Positions 1 through 13,325 are shown, numbered from the stretch's first letter. The stretch: 64,000 nt of DNA from Octopus sinensis (GCF_006345805.1 NC_043004.1:45818001-45882000), one strand, 5' to 3'. Numbers and translations are program-made. Notes: generated by a model from the sequence alone, not told the origin.

Positions 1-40
1 TCAAACAACTTTTTCGCATTTCAGCTTTATAGATATTGAT
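1..40 (+). repeat. 3' end fragment of the repeat at 140-605
   Basis: caaacaactttttcgcatttcagctttatagatattgat closely matches caaactacttgttcgcatttcagctttatacatattgat at 561-599; both run into (TA)n. Confidence 0.6.
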
Positions 41-99
41 ATATATATATAACACATATATATATATGTACACACATATATATATATATAATATATATA

Positions 100-139
<40 letters not shown>

Positions 140-140
<1 letters not shown>

Positions 141-605
141 ATAATAATTCACCGTTCTAAAAGACATGTGGCGGGAATATTAAAATGTTTGCGGCTGTCA
201 ACGCTTTCTCTCTATAGATACAGACAGACGTACAGTGAGAGAGGTGGTGGAAGAGTGACAGAGAGACGTGAAGGCGGGGATGGAATTAGAGTGGAAGGTT
301 TCAAACGTCGTTATAGAGAGAAATTGGAAAGAGGCAATGAAAGAGAGAGATCGAGGAAGACAGCGTGATATCCGAAAGTGAGAAACGACAAACACTTGTC
401 AAAGTCTGGGTTTTGTTGCCCTAGTAACCACAGCTTTTGATATATGGGTTTTTAACCTAGTCCAGTCGCTTCCTCGCTTCTTTTTACATGTTCCTGTAAA
501 TTTTGGCGCCAATCCGACCCGATCTACCGGCCCTTAAACCGTTCTCATCCCAAAATGAGACAAACTACTTGTTCGCATTTCAGCTTTATACATATTGATA
601 TAGAT
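140..605 (+). mobile_element. Non-autonomous interspersed repeat, possibly Helitron/Helentron-like
   Basis: Non-coding block between TA microsatellites. Its end (cagctttata..attgat) is duplicated at 1-40. The class is an inference from that terminal motif only. Confidence 0.3.
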
Positions 606-614
606 ATATGTATG

Positions 615-678
<64 letters not shown>

Positions 679-1115
679 CATATTATACGTGGATGTACAT
701 GAGTTTGTGTGTGTATGCGTTCGTCATATTTATCTGTGTATGAGTGCGTATGTGCATGTACATCGGTGCGTATGTGCATGTACATCGGTGCGTATGTGTG
801 CGATATACACGAATTCACGCTGCAATATATTTGCATACACATATATATATATATATACATATGTATATGCATGTTGTCTACACAAGTGGAACTCTCAGAA
901 CACTCTTATAGACATGGGAATTTGTGCATATATATGCATGCCTTCATACATAAATACGTACATACATACACTCTCATATACAAACAAAAAAATATACATC
1001 TATATATATATACATAGATATATATAACATATATATATATACATACACACGCACATATATGTATACACATGCACATAATCATGTATGTATACTTAATCAC
1101 GAACAAATGTATATA
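606..1115. repeat. Compound (TA)n/(TATG)n/(CA)n microsatellite
   Basis: Directly visible; source of spurious poly-IY ORFs. Confidence 0.95.
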
Positions 1116-1125
1116 TAAATACTAT

Positions 1126-1335
1126 TCTTTGATTCCTCTATTTGTTTTAGTCATTTGACTGCGAACATTGCTGGAGCACCGCTTTTAGTTGCACAAATCA
1201 ACCCTAGAACTTATTCTCTCTAATCCAAGTAATTTATCAGTCTCTTTTGCCGAACCACTAATTTACGATGACGTAAACACACGAAAATTGGTGTCAAGCG
1301 ATGGTGGGGGGACAAACACAGACACACAAATACTT
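1126..1335 (-). mobile_element. SINE family A, 3' half only
   Basis: gtcatttgactgcgaacattgctggagcaccgc...gacaaacacagacac matches the tail half of the full copies at 49325-49741 and 57365-57793. Confidence 0.85.
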
Positions 1336-1443
1336 ATATATATATAAATTTATATAAATAAGGATAAGATCGTTAATTTAAATACTGATCTTATCAGGTG
1401 GCCAGCATGGGAATAAAAACCTTTCAAAGGTAATAATTATTTC

Positions 1444-1703
1444 AAATTATAATTTAGGGTATCTAAATTACACGCTGGAAATAGCAGTCAAAACTTGACT
1501 CTGAAATCACATTAGATGTTCATACAGCACCAGGAAGAAGACAAAGAGACAAAATAAACTAGCATAAAAAAATTACTAGTTTTATTTGTCTCTTTGTCTT
1601 CTCTCTTTGTGCTGTACGAACATTTAATGTGGTTTTAGAGTCAAATTTTGACTGCTATTTCCAGCGTGGTGGTATCTCTTATATACCCTAAATTATAATT
1701 TTA
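1444..1703. repeat. Foldback element: ~125-bp inverted repeat with ~12-bp spacer
   Basis: cacgctggaaatagcagtcaaaacttgactctgaaatcac...aaactag is mirrored by ctagttttatttgtctc...gactgctatttccagcgtg. Confidence 0.9.
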
Positions 1704-1975
1704 TATAATACATATATATATATAATATATATATACAAATACACACACACAGATACATATATATTTATACATACATACATAAATATGAGTGTTTATATAT
1801 ATACATATAAATCGTGATGAATAATAAATTCACATACGTTCCATACGTTCCATTTTTCATTTGCTATATATTTATATATGTATGTATATATATATATGTT
1901 TATATGTATATATATATGTGTGTATGTATATGTATGTATGTATGTATTATGTATGTGTGTATGTGTAATCATGTT
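1704..1975. repeat. (TA)n/(CATA)n/(TATG)n microsatellites
   Basis: Directly visible. Confidence 0.85.
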
Positions 1976-2289
1976 TGACGTTTTATATGAATGATCACCT
2001 CGATGTCTACTGTTATAACTTCAACTTTCTCTTCTGAGAGATGTGAAATGGTCCCACAAACAAAAACAGAATAAACATTAAAAAGAGAATAAATAAAAGC
2101 GCTGAAATAGGTATTTGGAGTCAAATATTTTTATGCGGGTTCAACTTTCTCTGTAGATGATATTAATGCATATTTCTTCTATTTCAGACAAGTAACATAT
2201 CATATCAATCTCCGCTGTTCCTTACATCTGGAAGAAGTCCGCAAAGGCTGGCAAACTTAAGCACATGTCACACATACCTTTATACATTC

Positions 2290-2485
2290 TGACATGTGTG
2301 TATATATGCGTAATTGTATACATACACCAACTCACACATGAGGCGGCATATTTTGCATTACATATATCTATGTACACATACGTGTGTCTACACACACTCT
2401 ACCATGTGTAGAATCCTTTACATGTACACCGCATATATACAGGTAGAATTGTACACTCATACACATAAACGCATGCAGATACACG

Positions 2486-2519
<34 letters not shown>

Positions 2520-2579
2520 ATATATATATATGTGTGTGTGTGTGTGTGGTGTGTGTGTGTGTGTGTATATGCATATATT

Positions 2580-2612
<33 letters not shown>

Positions 2613-2797
2613 TATATATATATATATGTATATATATACACACGTGCATATATGTATATGTAATTTTTTATACATTCATATATACATTCTTATATACATA
2701 TGTGTGTATATGTAAATACATATTTATATATGTATGTGTATGGATATGTATATATATATATGTGTATATATATATATGTATATATATAGATATTATA

Positions 2798-2844
<47 letters not shown>

Positions 2845-2935
2845 GTATATTGCAATATACATATGGACGTTTATACCTGCGCACATATATACCCAAAGTA
2901 AATACATAAATGGAAATGCACGCGTATATATATTG
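2290..2935. repeat. Compound (TA)n/(TG)n microsatellite
   Basis: Directly visible. Confidence 0.95.
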
Positions 2936-3786
2936 GATTTCCTTTGACGATTACATTGTTTGATAGATGACTGACTCCATTAATGTAACAATAAAGGAAA
3001 CCGAAAGGAAAGGGATCGGCAGTTTTTATGGAAACACCGATTCGTGCTTAGAAATATTTTGACCTGTGAACGACAAGAACAACTCTGTGTGAGGTTAAAC
3101 TATCTGATCATACAATATTCATGAAAATCTGTATTAATCCCTTAATGTATTTCTTGTAGTAGGGAGTCTTTGCAATAAAATATTGAGCTCTTTTTTTTTC
3201 GATATAATTCCAGTTACGTAAGCTACTGGGATGATGTGCCGGAGATTTATTCTATATCCAAATATCTCCTTTTACTTTTCCACTTCGACCCATGGAAGGG
3301 ATCAATGTCAAATTCAAAACATCGTGTTTAAGAAAGCAAAAAATGAGAAACAGTGAAAAATACCAATTAACATAAAAGTAAGGAAACAGTAAAACATGAA
3401 GCAATGATTAGCTTAAAGCTTCCTGGCCTTTTAAAAGAATGGTTATATTATTCATGATGCACCACATGTCGATTTTTCCTGGATTGGCATCATTATAATG
3501 TAATTTTGTTTTAGGAGAATATTTTTTTCCAAAGTGTCAACCAAACATTTTCTAATTCTGCAGAAAGTTAGGCTGTAAGTGGCCAAACACAAACCTTGTA
3601 ACCTCGGCTGCAATAAAGGGAGAAATATAGAAAGACAGATAGAAATAAAGAGATGGGGTAAGAGAGAGGAGAGAGAATAATAATAGAAAAAGGTGGGAAG
3701 AGGAACCGAACTCAGTATGTTGCTCTCGGCATTCCATCAGTCGGCTATGCAAATATGTAGTACTTGCTATTTTGTACCTCACGTCC

Positions 3787-4003
3787 CATTAGCATTTCAA
3801 CTGGCCACACCCGGGTAAAAGGTCCTCCCCGCTTTATCTTCAGACTGGCCAGATTTAGCCTCTCACAGCGTACAATATTATTCTAGAAATAAACAATCCC
3901 ATCATTGAAATCCCAATGCTGCAAACTAATGCATCAACAATTCAAGACAATGTGAGTAAAAAAGCATTACATTTGACACAGACGTCGAAATATTAAAGAT
4001 TTA
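3787..4003. mobile_element. Degenerate MITE, possibly piggyBac-like
   Basis: Ends cccattagcattt...aatattaaagatttaa resemble decayed inverted termini of TTAA-CCC type. Family recognised from memory of octopus repeats. Confidence 0.35.
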
Positions 4004-4689
4004 ATATGAGAACTAGCAAAGTGCCTAACTTACTGTTCTGGCCGGAATAATTCAAACAGCCCAAGCTTTAGTCAATCAGAAGCAGCGCTTTTGAAAATCG
4101 CTACTTAGCATGAAATATATTAGAAAATACGTTTCATGCATACGTAACACATAAACACATGTGCATGCATACACATATATCATTTGATTCTAGACGCTGA
4201 TAATATCTGCTTGTTTTGGGTAAACTACACAATATATGGTATATATTTGTTCTCTGCATGGTGACTTAAACGATTTTATCCACTTAACCGTTGTCAAAAT
4301 TTACACTCTGAGTCGTTGAATGAGGATTAGAGTAGATCAATGCCAGTTTATACGAGAGTTCAATAGATGATATCTCATGATCCCAGTATCTTTGGCAATA
4401 CTACTCCTTTGGTTATTCTTTTAGTTTTACGTGTGAAAATGATAAATAGCTTGACAGCGAGGCGGGAGGATATTATAAACATTATGTGATCGAACACACG
4501 TTATCACACGTGAAAACAAGATAACAAGAACAAATGCCCTCCGCCATAGCATACCCCCCCACACACATATATGCATTGATCTATGTCTAGTGATTTCATA
4601 TATAAAAACACATTTACATAATGTATATAAGAAATATATACATTAATATATCATAAATTTTTTACGCGGTATCTCAGCAGGCACATACT

Positions 4690-5417
4690 TATGTTCAGCA
4701 ATATCTGTCTGTGTATATTGTTTCTTTAAATATATATATATATATATATATATTATATGCATACATACCTACATGCATATACATATATCTACGTATATAT
4801 ATATATATATATACACACGCAAACACATATATACATGTATGATAATGGGTATATCTGCGTATATATGTACAAACACGCATACATACATACATACATAAGC
4901 TCATGCGTACGTTTGTGTGTACGTCTACAAGCAGAAATACGTGTCTGCCTTTTTTGTGTGCCTCTCAAATGCTTACGCAGTACTTTTCTGTTTGGTTTTC
5001 TTTTAGGCAATATTCTTAGTAAAAAACAAACCATTAAGAAAAAACAATGAAGCTAAACTAAATGTAAAAAGTATTAAGAGCGTATATTTCTGTATTTAGG
5101 TAATATTCCTACATATATTGGCATTAGTTACAGTGATTGTGAGTGATTATATGTAACATGGTGTTTGATGGTGCACAAACTGCATACATTCTTGTATCTG
5201 TTTACATGCTTAGATATACATACATATACAGACATATTTTTATGCATACTTGTGTGTATGAGTATTTATATATGTGTGTCTGTGTATGTATGCATACATA
5301 TATTTACATATGGATGTATGCAACAGAAATATAATCGTACACATGCCTGTATGTCATATTATACATATACATTTCTTAAAATTGTATATATGATAAAGAT
5401 AGAGATAAATCTATCAT

Positions 5418-5467
<50 letters not shown>

Positions 5468-5479
5468 CATATATATATG

Positions 5480-5577
<98 letters not shown>

Positions 5578-5682
5578 ATTATGTATGTATAGGTATATAT
5601 ATAATATATTTATGCAAACGCATATATATATATATACATACATACATGCACATATATACCCACAAGCTTATATAATTATTTG

Positions 5683-5750
<68 letters not shown>

Positions 5751-5760
5751 CAACATGTGT
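4690..5760. repeat. TA/CA/CT microsatellite-rich region
   Basis: Several (TA)n, (CT)n and (CA)n runs separated by short AT-rich spacers. Confidence 0.85.
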
Positions 5761-6159
5761 GTGTGTAAAGAACAGCAACATACATATCAAGCTAAGTAAT
5801 AAAACTTATGTTGACAAAATAAATCTCATATCATGTTTACATCTTAAACTTCGAGCCATTTAAGGAGAAAAAAACGTATAAGAAACAAAACCCAGAAATG
5901 TTATTAAAAAATAGAATTGCTATGATAAAGTGGAAGCGCCATTTTTCCCTTGAGTTACCTAGCACGTTAGTGGTGAAAAACAGGAAATAGATAAACAATA
6001 TATATATATATATATATATGCGTTTTTACTTATATGTAAAAACAAAATGGTGATTTAGTATTTTTTCGTTTCGTTATATTTTTTATCCCCTCATGAGTAT
6101 TCTGTGTGAAATCTCCATGTCGCTTTTTTTTTTCTTTAAATAGAAAAAGAAAATATTCT

Positions 6160-7330
6160 CTGTGTTATTGTCTTGTTGTTACTACTGTTTGTTATTGAGA
6201 ATACGCAATAAAGACAGTGCTGCTGTTGGCGGTGGTAGTAGTTCGTCTTGGTGATGGTGACGGCTAAGCGATGTCGTAGAGGCAGTCGTCTGCTTGTTGA
6301 AGTATTGACGTCGACCACCATCATCGTCATCAAGACCCCCCTCCTTCTGCCTTCTCCTCCGCCTCCTCCCCCTTTTCTTTCTTCTGTACTTCGTTTCCAT
6401 CTGCAAAATGAACGTCATCTTCGCCGTTTTTGTCGCCGTTTTTTGTCACCATGAGTGTCATCATCATCATAAATATCATTACTGTTAGGGACATGTTCGT
6501 CGCTATCCGCATCATCATCATCATCATCGTCATCAAAATAATCAACGTTATTATCAGCAGTGCCACTGCCGGCACCACCACTACCACCACCACAACCACC
6601 AACACCACCACCACCACCATCATCAACATCATCATCATGTTCATCATTATCTTAATCATCTTCCTCATCAAAATCAGTCCCACCGCCACGAAGGCGACCA
6701 TCACCACCAATACTACAACCTACGCCACTACCACTACCATTACTACACCTACTACGACCACCACGATTATGACCACCACCACCACCACTACTACCACCAC
6801 AACCATGAACATGACGACCACCACCACCATCACTATCACCACCACAACTATCATCATCATCATCATCATCATTATCAGTTCCACCGCCGCCGCCACCATC
6901 AGAACCACCACCACAACCTACGCCACCACCGCTACCATCACTACCCCTACCGCGACCACCAAGAACACGACCACGCCCACGAACATGACAACCAACACCA
7001 CCATCAAAACCATCATCATCTTCATCATCATTATCATCTTGTCCTTTATCGTTATCTTATCGTGATCAGGATTTTGAGTACGATGACCATCATGAGCATC
7101 ATTATCATCATCTCTATCATCATGATTGCGACGTTCCTCATTTTCAATATTTTCCTCATTATGAAAGTCCTGGTCACCATCACAGTAATTATCGTCATTG
7201 CCCACGTCACGATCATCATCAGCTCTGTTTTCGCCACTATTGTTGGGTTATTGATAATTAAATAAGTGTTGTTGTTGATGATGATAATGATGATGATGAT
7301 GACGACGACAATGATGATATAGAACATAAT
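6160..7330. repeat. Cryptic trinucleotide region (CAT/CAC/ACC/GAT)
   Basis: Mixed triplet repeats with internal duplications (acaacctacgccac..acc twice). ORFs are open in several frames on both strands. Confidence 0.9.
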
Positions 7331-7344
7331 AATGATTATTCTCT

Positions 7345-7702
7345 GATTCTCTTATTTATTTCATTTATTTGACTGTGGCCATGCTGGAGCACCGCCTTTA
7401 GTCGAACAAATCGCCCCCAAGACTTATTCTTTGTAAGCCTAAGTTACGGGGACGTAAACGCACCAGCATTGGTTGACGAGCGATGGTGTGGGGACAACCA
7501 CAGGCATACAAATGTATGTATATATATATATATATATTCGAGGAACTTGTTTCAGTTTCCGTTTATCAAATTTACTCACAAGGCTTTGATCGGCCCGAGG
7601 CTATAGTAGAAGGTACTTGCCCAAGGTGCCACGAAGTGGGATTGAACCCAAAAGGAAGTGGTTGGTAAGCAAGCTACTTAACACACAGCCACTCCTGCGC
7701 AT
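7345..7702 (-). mobile_element. SINE family A (tRNA-derived), near full length
   Basis: Minus-strand head gcgcaggagtggctgtgtgttaagtagc with a B-box-like gggttcaatcc; central ccttgggcaag..ctatagcctcgggccga; shared tail. Confidence 0.9.
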
Positions 7703-8124
7703 ATGTTCACAATAAGAGATATTAGTTAATAAAAATAGATATTAGTTGAAATATTAGTTTAAAAAGTTTAATAGCATTGGTGTATGTTAATAGAAATAAT
7801 AAAACAAAATGAAAAACCTATGAAATGAAATATTGCTTAGAAATTGTCGTTGTTCCAGATCATTGTCGAATGCACGGAGGGCAATGAGAGTGAAGATGAT
7901 GACGGTAGCGATGAGGAGAGAAGCGGGGATCGATCTGAAGATGTAAGGTGAGAAGGACGGGCATGTCAATAACGAAGAACATGATGAGGTAGGTGATTGT
8001 AATGATGACGATGATGATAATGATGATGGTGACATTGACAACGACATAACGACAATAAAGAATGTTGTCTATGATGGTAACGTCAATGCTAATGATTATG
8101 ACACTGTTATTATAAAATATCTAC

Positions 8125-8190
8125 CATTGGACCCTGGAGTGGAAGCTCGCCTTCTCCCTTACAATTGCTGGGCTTGAACCTAAAATTGGA
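8125..8190 (+). mobile_element. 3' tail of SINE family B variant
   Basis: cccttacaattgctgggcttgaacctaaaattggaaac+(ATT)n matches the tail at 12066-12105. Confidence 0.55.
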
Positions 8191-8192
8191 AA

Positions 8193-8270
<78 letters not shown>

Positions 8271-8272
8271 CA

Positions 8273-8357
<85 letters not shown>
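8191..8357. repeat. (ATT)n/(TAA)n array
   Basis: About 55 triplets; abuts the 3' end of the R4/Dong element. Confidence 0.97.
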
Positions 8358-8360
<3 letters not shown>

Positions 8361-11249
8361 TAGTCTTATTTTTATAGCGTGCTTTCACTTCACTACCGAG
8401 CGCAGCTCTGTGTGCCTTGGGTATGTGCTGTGAGTTGTTGTGATGCTCTGATGGTTATTGTATGGAAAGTGTTCTGCGTAGGATGTGTGCAGTGCCTAGT
8501 AGTGCAATTTTCTGTATGTTATATGTGTTTGTAAGTCCTGGTGTTTTTGTTATGTATTTGTCTGAATATTTTTTTATCATGCCTAATGCACCTACTATGA
8601 TAGGAATTGTTTCTGTTTTCAGATTCCACATTCTATTTCCAGGTCTTTGTATTTTGAGAGTTTCTCTATTTCTTTTAGAGACACGTTGTCATCTGCCGGT
8701 ATTGATACATCAATTAGAAAGCGTTTTTTTTCTTCATGATCTCTAACAACTATATCTGGTCTGTTGGCCTTAATTTCTCTATCTGTGTGTATCGGCATAT
8801 CCCAGAGTATGGTTGCTTTCTCGTTTTCTGTGACCTTTTCTGGTGTGTGCCTATACCATCTTTTCTCTGTTGTTATTCCATAATGTTGGCATAGCTTCCA
8901 ATGTATGTAGGTTCCAACTCTGTCATGTCTGTGAATATATTCCTTCTTAGCCAGGACTGGGCAGCTAGAGATAATATGATTTATTGTTTCTTGTCCATTT
9001 CCACATATTCTGCAGTTACTTGTAATATTTCTTTTCATTACATGTTTTTAGTAATTTCTGGTGGGGAGGCTTTGGTCTTGTGCTGCAATTAAAAATCCCT
9101 CTGTTTCCGCTTTGAGTCCTGAGCTTCTCAACCGTTGCTGGGATTTTTCTTTGTCTATTTCTTTTGCGTTTAGTTTAGTCCAGTATTTACCATGAAGGGG
9201 CTTTTCTTGCCATCGTTTTATCATGGTTGGTTGCTGTTCTATTTTTAGTTTGGATTTCATTTGTGTTATAGCTTTTGTTGTTCCTTCATCTTCTTCTTCT
9301 TCTTCTTCTTCTTCTTCTTCTTCTTCTTCTTCTTCTTCTTCTTCTTCTTCTTCTTCTTCTTCTTCTTCTTCATGTTTATTAGGTGGTATGATTTCATGTT
9401 TGTATTTGTCAGCTTCCTTAAATACTGAGAACAGTTTTTTGATTTGCTCGTGTTTTGCCGCTATCTGGATCAGTTTTCCTTCCTTCTGAAGTAGATATTT
9501 TTGCAGTCCTATGGTGGTTATTTTATAGTAGTTTTCCAGCTGTATAAGGCCTCTACCACCTTCTATACGTTGTATATATAGTCTTTCTATGTCAGATATT
9601 GGGTGATGCATCCTAGATCCTGTCATTATTTTTCTTGTTTTCCTATCTATTTTGGTCAGTTCATTTCGTGTCCAGTTAAGGATATTGTAGCTGTAACTTA
9701 TAACTGGGACAGCTAAAGTGTTGATACCTATTATCTTGTTTTTAGCATTGAGCTCTGTTTTTAGTATTGATCTAACTCGTCTATAATATTCTTTTTTTTA
9801 TTTTCTCTTTCATTTGTGTGTGTTGTGTCTTATCTAGTTCATGGATTCCTAAGTATTTGTAAGTTTGGCTTTGGTCTAATTCTTTTATTTCATTGGTTTT
9901 ATCTAGTGTGATGTTGTTACTCTTAACTAGCTTTCCTCTTTTCATGGTTACTTTGGCGCATTTTTCTAATCCAAATTTCATATCTATTTCTTTGGTAAAT
10001 CCATGAACTGTCTTTAATAGTGTTTCCAGCTGTTTGTCATTTGCAGCGTATAGTTTTAGGTCGTCCATATATAAAAGGTGGCTGATCGTTTTGCCGTAAC
10101 ATTTATATCCGCATCCAGTTCTATTTAGTATATCAGATAGAGGTGACAGTGCCAAGCAGAAAAGGAGTGGAGAGAGCGTGTCTCCCTGGAATATTCCTCT
10201 TCTAATGGGGATGTCTTTGGTTTTCATGAGTCCCTCTTTTGTTTGGAGGTGTAGGACTGTTTGCCATTTATTCATAGAGTGCTCTATGAATTTTATGATT
10301 GTTGGTGCTACTTGTTAATGGCTAGTGTTTCGAGGATCCATGTGTGGGGGATGCTATCAAACGCCTTTTTGTAGTCAATCCAGGCCATACTGAGGCCTTT
10401 CTTCTTTCTGTGGCTGTCTTCAGTTATGGCTTTATTAATCATTAGTTGATCTTTACAGCCATATGAGCCTTTGCGGCATCCTTTCTGCTCTTCTGGGAAG
10501 AGTTTGTTTTCGTCCAGGTGCTTGTTCAGCCTTTGCGATATCACTGCAGTAAATGCCTTGAACATAGTAGGGAGGCAGGTTATTGGTCTGTAGTTTTCTG
10601 GTTTTGCTGTTTCATTTGATTTGGGAATGAAGATGGTTTTCCCCTTCGTGAGCCATTCAGGCATTGTCTCTGGCTCTGCTAGTATGTAGTTAAAGTTTTC
10701 AGCCAGCTTTTTGTGCATTCCTGTTAGATATTTCAACCAGAAGTTGGGGATCTTGTCATGCCCAGGTGCCTTCCAGTTGCTTAGTCTTTGCAGTGCCTGG
10801 GTGACCTCTTCAGTTGTTATGGAGTCCAAAGTTGTTCAGATACCGAGTTTGTTATTTTGATTGATACTCTTTTTTTTGGTTGTTCGTTCGCCAACCATAT
10901 TCTCTCCAGAATTCTTCCAATTCTTCTGCCGTTGGTGCTGCAGTGACTTCTATTTTATTTTTGCCCAGTTCTTGGTAGAACTTTTTGGGTTGGAGTTGAA
11001 CTTTTTGTTTTGTTCAAAGAAGCGTTGGCGTTTCTCGTACCGGCGTATCCTTTGTGCTTTGGCAAGGATATCTTGCTTCAGCTTTTCTTTTATCTCAGGC
11101 AAATCTTTCTCTGTGATGTTATATTTGCGGACTATTTTTGTTCTCTTTTTGTTGCTCAGTAGCGTTGATTGTTTGCTGATTTCATTAAGAATCGACAGGT
11201 CTTTTCTAATTTTTTAAAATTTTGTTTTGGATGTTATTTATCCACAGGG

Positions 11250-11253
<4 letters not shown>
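8358..11253 (-). mobile_element. R4/Dong-clade non-LTR retrotransposon (RT + restriction-like endonuclease), 5'-truncated, subfamily 1
   Basis: Motifs KAQRIRRYEKRQRFFEQNKKF, NWKAPGHD, YRPITCLP, WIDYKKAFDS, GIFQGDTLSP, YMDDLKLY, CRICGNGQETINHIISSC, RPDIVV..IDVSIP..K..KYKDLE, IQKIALLGTAHILRRTL*. Flanked on both sides by (TTA)n. Confidence 0.93.
8455..11250 (-). pseudogene. Frameshifted R4/Dong ORF (RT, CCHC finger, RLE)
   Basis: ORF-track pieces 10308-10829, 9781-10275, 9048-9626 and 8619-9038 are consecutive parts of one protein broken by small indels. Confidence 0.92.
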
Positions 11254-11333
<80 letters not shown>

Positions 11334-11336
11334 TTA

Positions 11337-11731
11337 TATGTTTGACTTTTGCTTTATATTTGTACAAGTTGGCTCCAAGTCTCACCCAGAGACCTCAAGA
11401 GACAACAGGTTGGAAGTTCACGTTGTTGTTATGCCTAGTGTGCCATATATTTGGGTTTTTTGGTGTTGTACTACTAAATGTCTAAAAAGAAAAACGAAAC
11501 TTTTGTTTGTTTTAAACCTTGAGATTACATAGAAAGTATTTTGCGTAGGATATGAGCAGTTCCCATGAGCACTATCTTTTGAATTTCTACCATTTTTGGG
11601 TTTCCTGGTATCAGAGTTAGGTAGCAATCAGCCCCTTTTGCTATCATTCCCAGGGTACCTATGACTACAGGTATTGTTTTAGTCTTCAGGTTCCACATTT
11701 TGCTGATTTCTATTTCAAGATCTTTATATTT
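11337..11731 (-). mobile_element. R4/Dong 3' fragment, subfamily 2
   Basis: Minus strand reads KYKDLEIEISKMWNLKTKTIPVVIGTLGMI...IQKIVLMGTAHILRKILSM* plus a ~190-nt 3' UTR unlike subfamily 1; (TAA)n on both sides. Confidence 0.9.
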
Positions 11732-11753
11732 ATTATTATTATTATTATTATTA

Positions 11754-11836
<83 letters not shown>

Positions 11837-11892
11837 GTTGTTGTTGTTGTTGTTGCTGTTGTTGTTGCTATTGTTATGAAGGCATCCAACTC

Positions 11893-12105
11893 AGGCAGCG
11901 AGCTGGTAGAATCGTTCCCACGCAGGGGGAACAGCTTAGCGGCATTTCGTTCTCATTTATTTTCTGTGTTCAAAATTCCGACGAATTTGCCTTTCATTGT
12001 TTCGTGGGGCAATAGAACAAGCACCAGTTGAAAACTGAATCGATTTAATCGACTTAACCCTTCCACCCTAAAAAATTGCTGGCCTTGTTCCAAGTTTTTG
12101 AAGTC
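11893..12105 (+). mobile_element. SINE family B variant, degenerate
   Basis: aggcagcgagctggtagaatcgtt..caaaattccgacg..ttgcctttca..tcgatttaatcgactt aligns with the family B copies; ends in (ATT)n. Confidence 0.75.
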
Positions 12106-12195
12106 ATTATTATCATCGCTGTTGTTGTTGTTGTAGTAGTTGTTGTTATTGTTATGAATATTATTATTGTTACTATTATTATTATTATTATTATT

Positions 12196-12335
12196 CTATG
12201 TTTGACTTTTGCTTTATGTCTGTACAAGTTGGCTCCAAGTCTCACCCAGAGACCTCAAGAGACAACAGGTTGGAAGTTCTGTGCCATATATTTGGGGTTT
12301 TTTTTGGCGTTGTACTAGTGAATGTCTAATACATA
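12196..12335 (-). mobile_element. R4/Dong subfamily 2, 3' UTR only
   Basis: atgtttgacttttgcttta..ggctccaagtctcacccagagacctcaagagacaacaggttggaagttc is near-identical to 11338-11430; flanked by ATT arrays. Confidence 0.85.
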
Positions 12336-12394
12336 AAAATAAAATTAAAAATTAAAATAAAATAAATAAATAAATAAATAATTAAATAAAAAAA

Positions 12395-12419
12395 GTTATT
12401 ATTATTATTATTGTTATTA

Positions 12420-12475
<56 letters not shown>

Positions 12476-12509
12476 GTTATTATCATTATTATTATTATTA
12501 TTGTTATCA

Positions 12510-12553
<44 letters not shown>

Positions 12554-12554
12554 T

Positions 12555-12611
<57 letters not shown>

Positions 12612-12612
12612 C
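12395..12612. repeat. (ATT)n then (GTA)n arrays
   Basis: Directly visible. Confidence 0.95.
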
Positions 12613-13159
12613 AACGACAATGGTGAAGCTGCAGCCGCAGTAGTGATAATTATAGGGATGATGAGGATGAAGTTGACGACGACGATGACGATGATAATCA
12701 AAACGAAGCGGAAGGTTACGTATGTGAAAGCGCTATAAAATATTCTTATTGTTATTGTTGCTGTTGTTGCTGCTTCTGCTGCTGCAGCTGCTGTTGTTGT
12801 TACTTTTAATGGTGGTTGAATGTGTATTTTGGTTACTTTGATAGCAGAAATGCTTTCTACATTATAGGTCTATGACAGTTTGTGTTATTCGCCAATTAGT
12901 GTCTCTGAATATATTCTCTCCCTCTCTCTCGTTTCTCTCTCTTTATTCTCTCTCTCTCTCTATCTCTGTTTCACATTCATCTCCTCTCCTTTAGTCTCTA
13001 GTCTTATAATGTATAATACAGTTTTTTGATAATCTTCAAGTTATTTTTTGTTATATCTTTAGTGGAACTGCTTTCGTGTTTCTTTTTAACGTTTGGTTGT
13101 TATTTTGCTTTGTTCAAGATATATATATACATACATCCATACATAAATACATACATAAC

Positions 13160-13175
13160 TATAAATCTATCTATG

Positions 13176-13238
<63 letters not shown>

Positions 13239-13260
13239 CTATCTATTAGTCTATCTATAT

Positions 13261-13308
<48 letters not shown>

Positions 13309-13325
13309 ATCTATCTATCTATTTA
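13160..13325. repeat. (ATCT)n microsatellite
   Basis: Directly visible. Confidence 0.95.

Noticed and set aside
36-5863. Many ORFs rich in I/Y/C/V/H/T here and throughout the window
   Set aside because: They are translations of (TA)n, (TG)n and (CA)n microsatellites, which lack stops in several frames.
6330-7327. Mucin-like Thr/Ile-rich 211-aa ORF and its antisense ORFs
   Set aside because: Mixed trinucleotide repeat open in several frames on both strands, with no splice or domain evidence.
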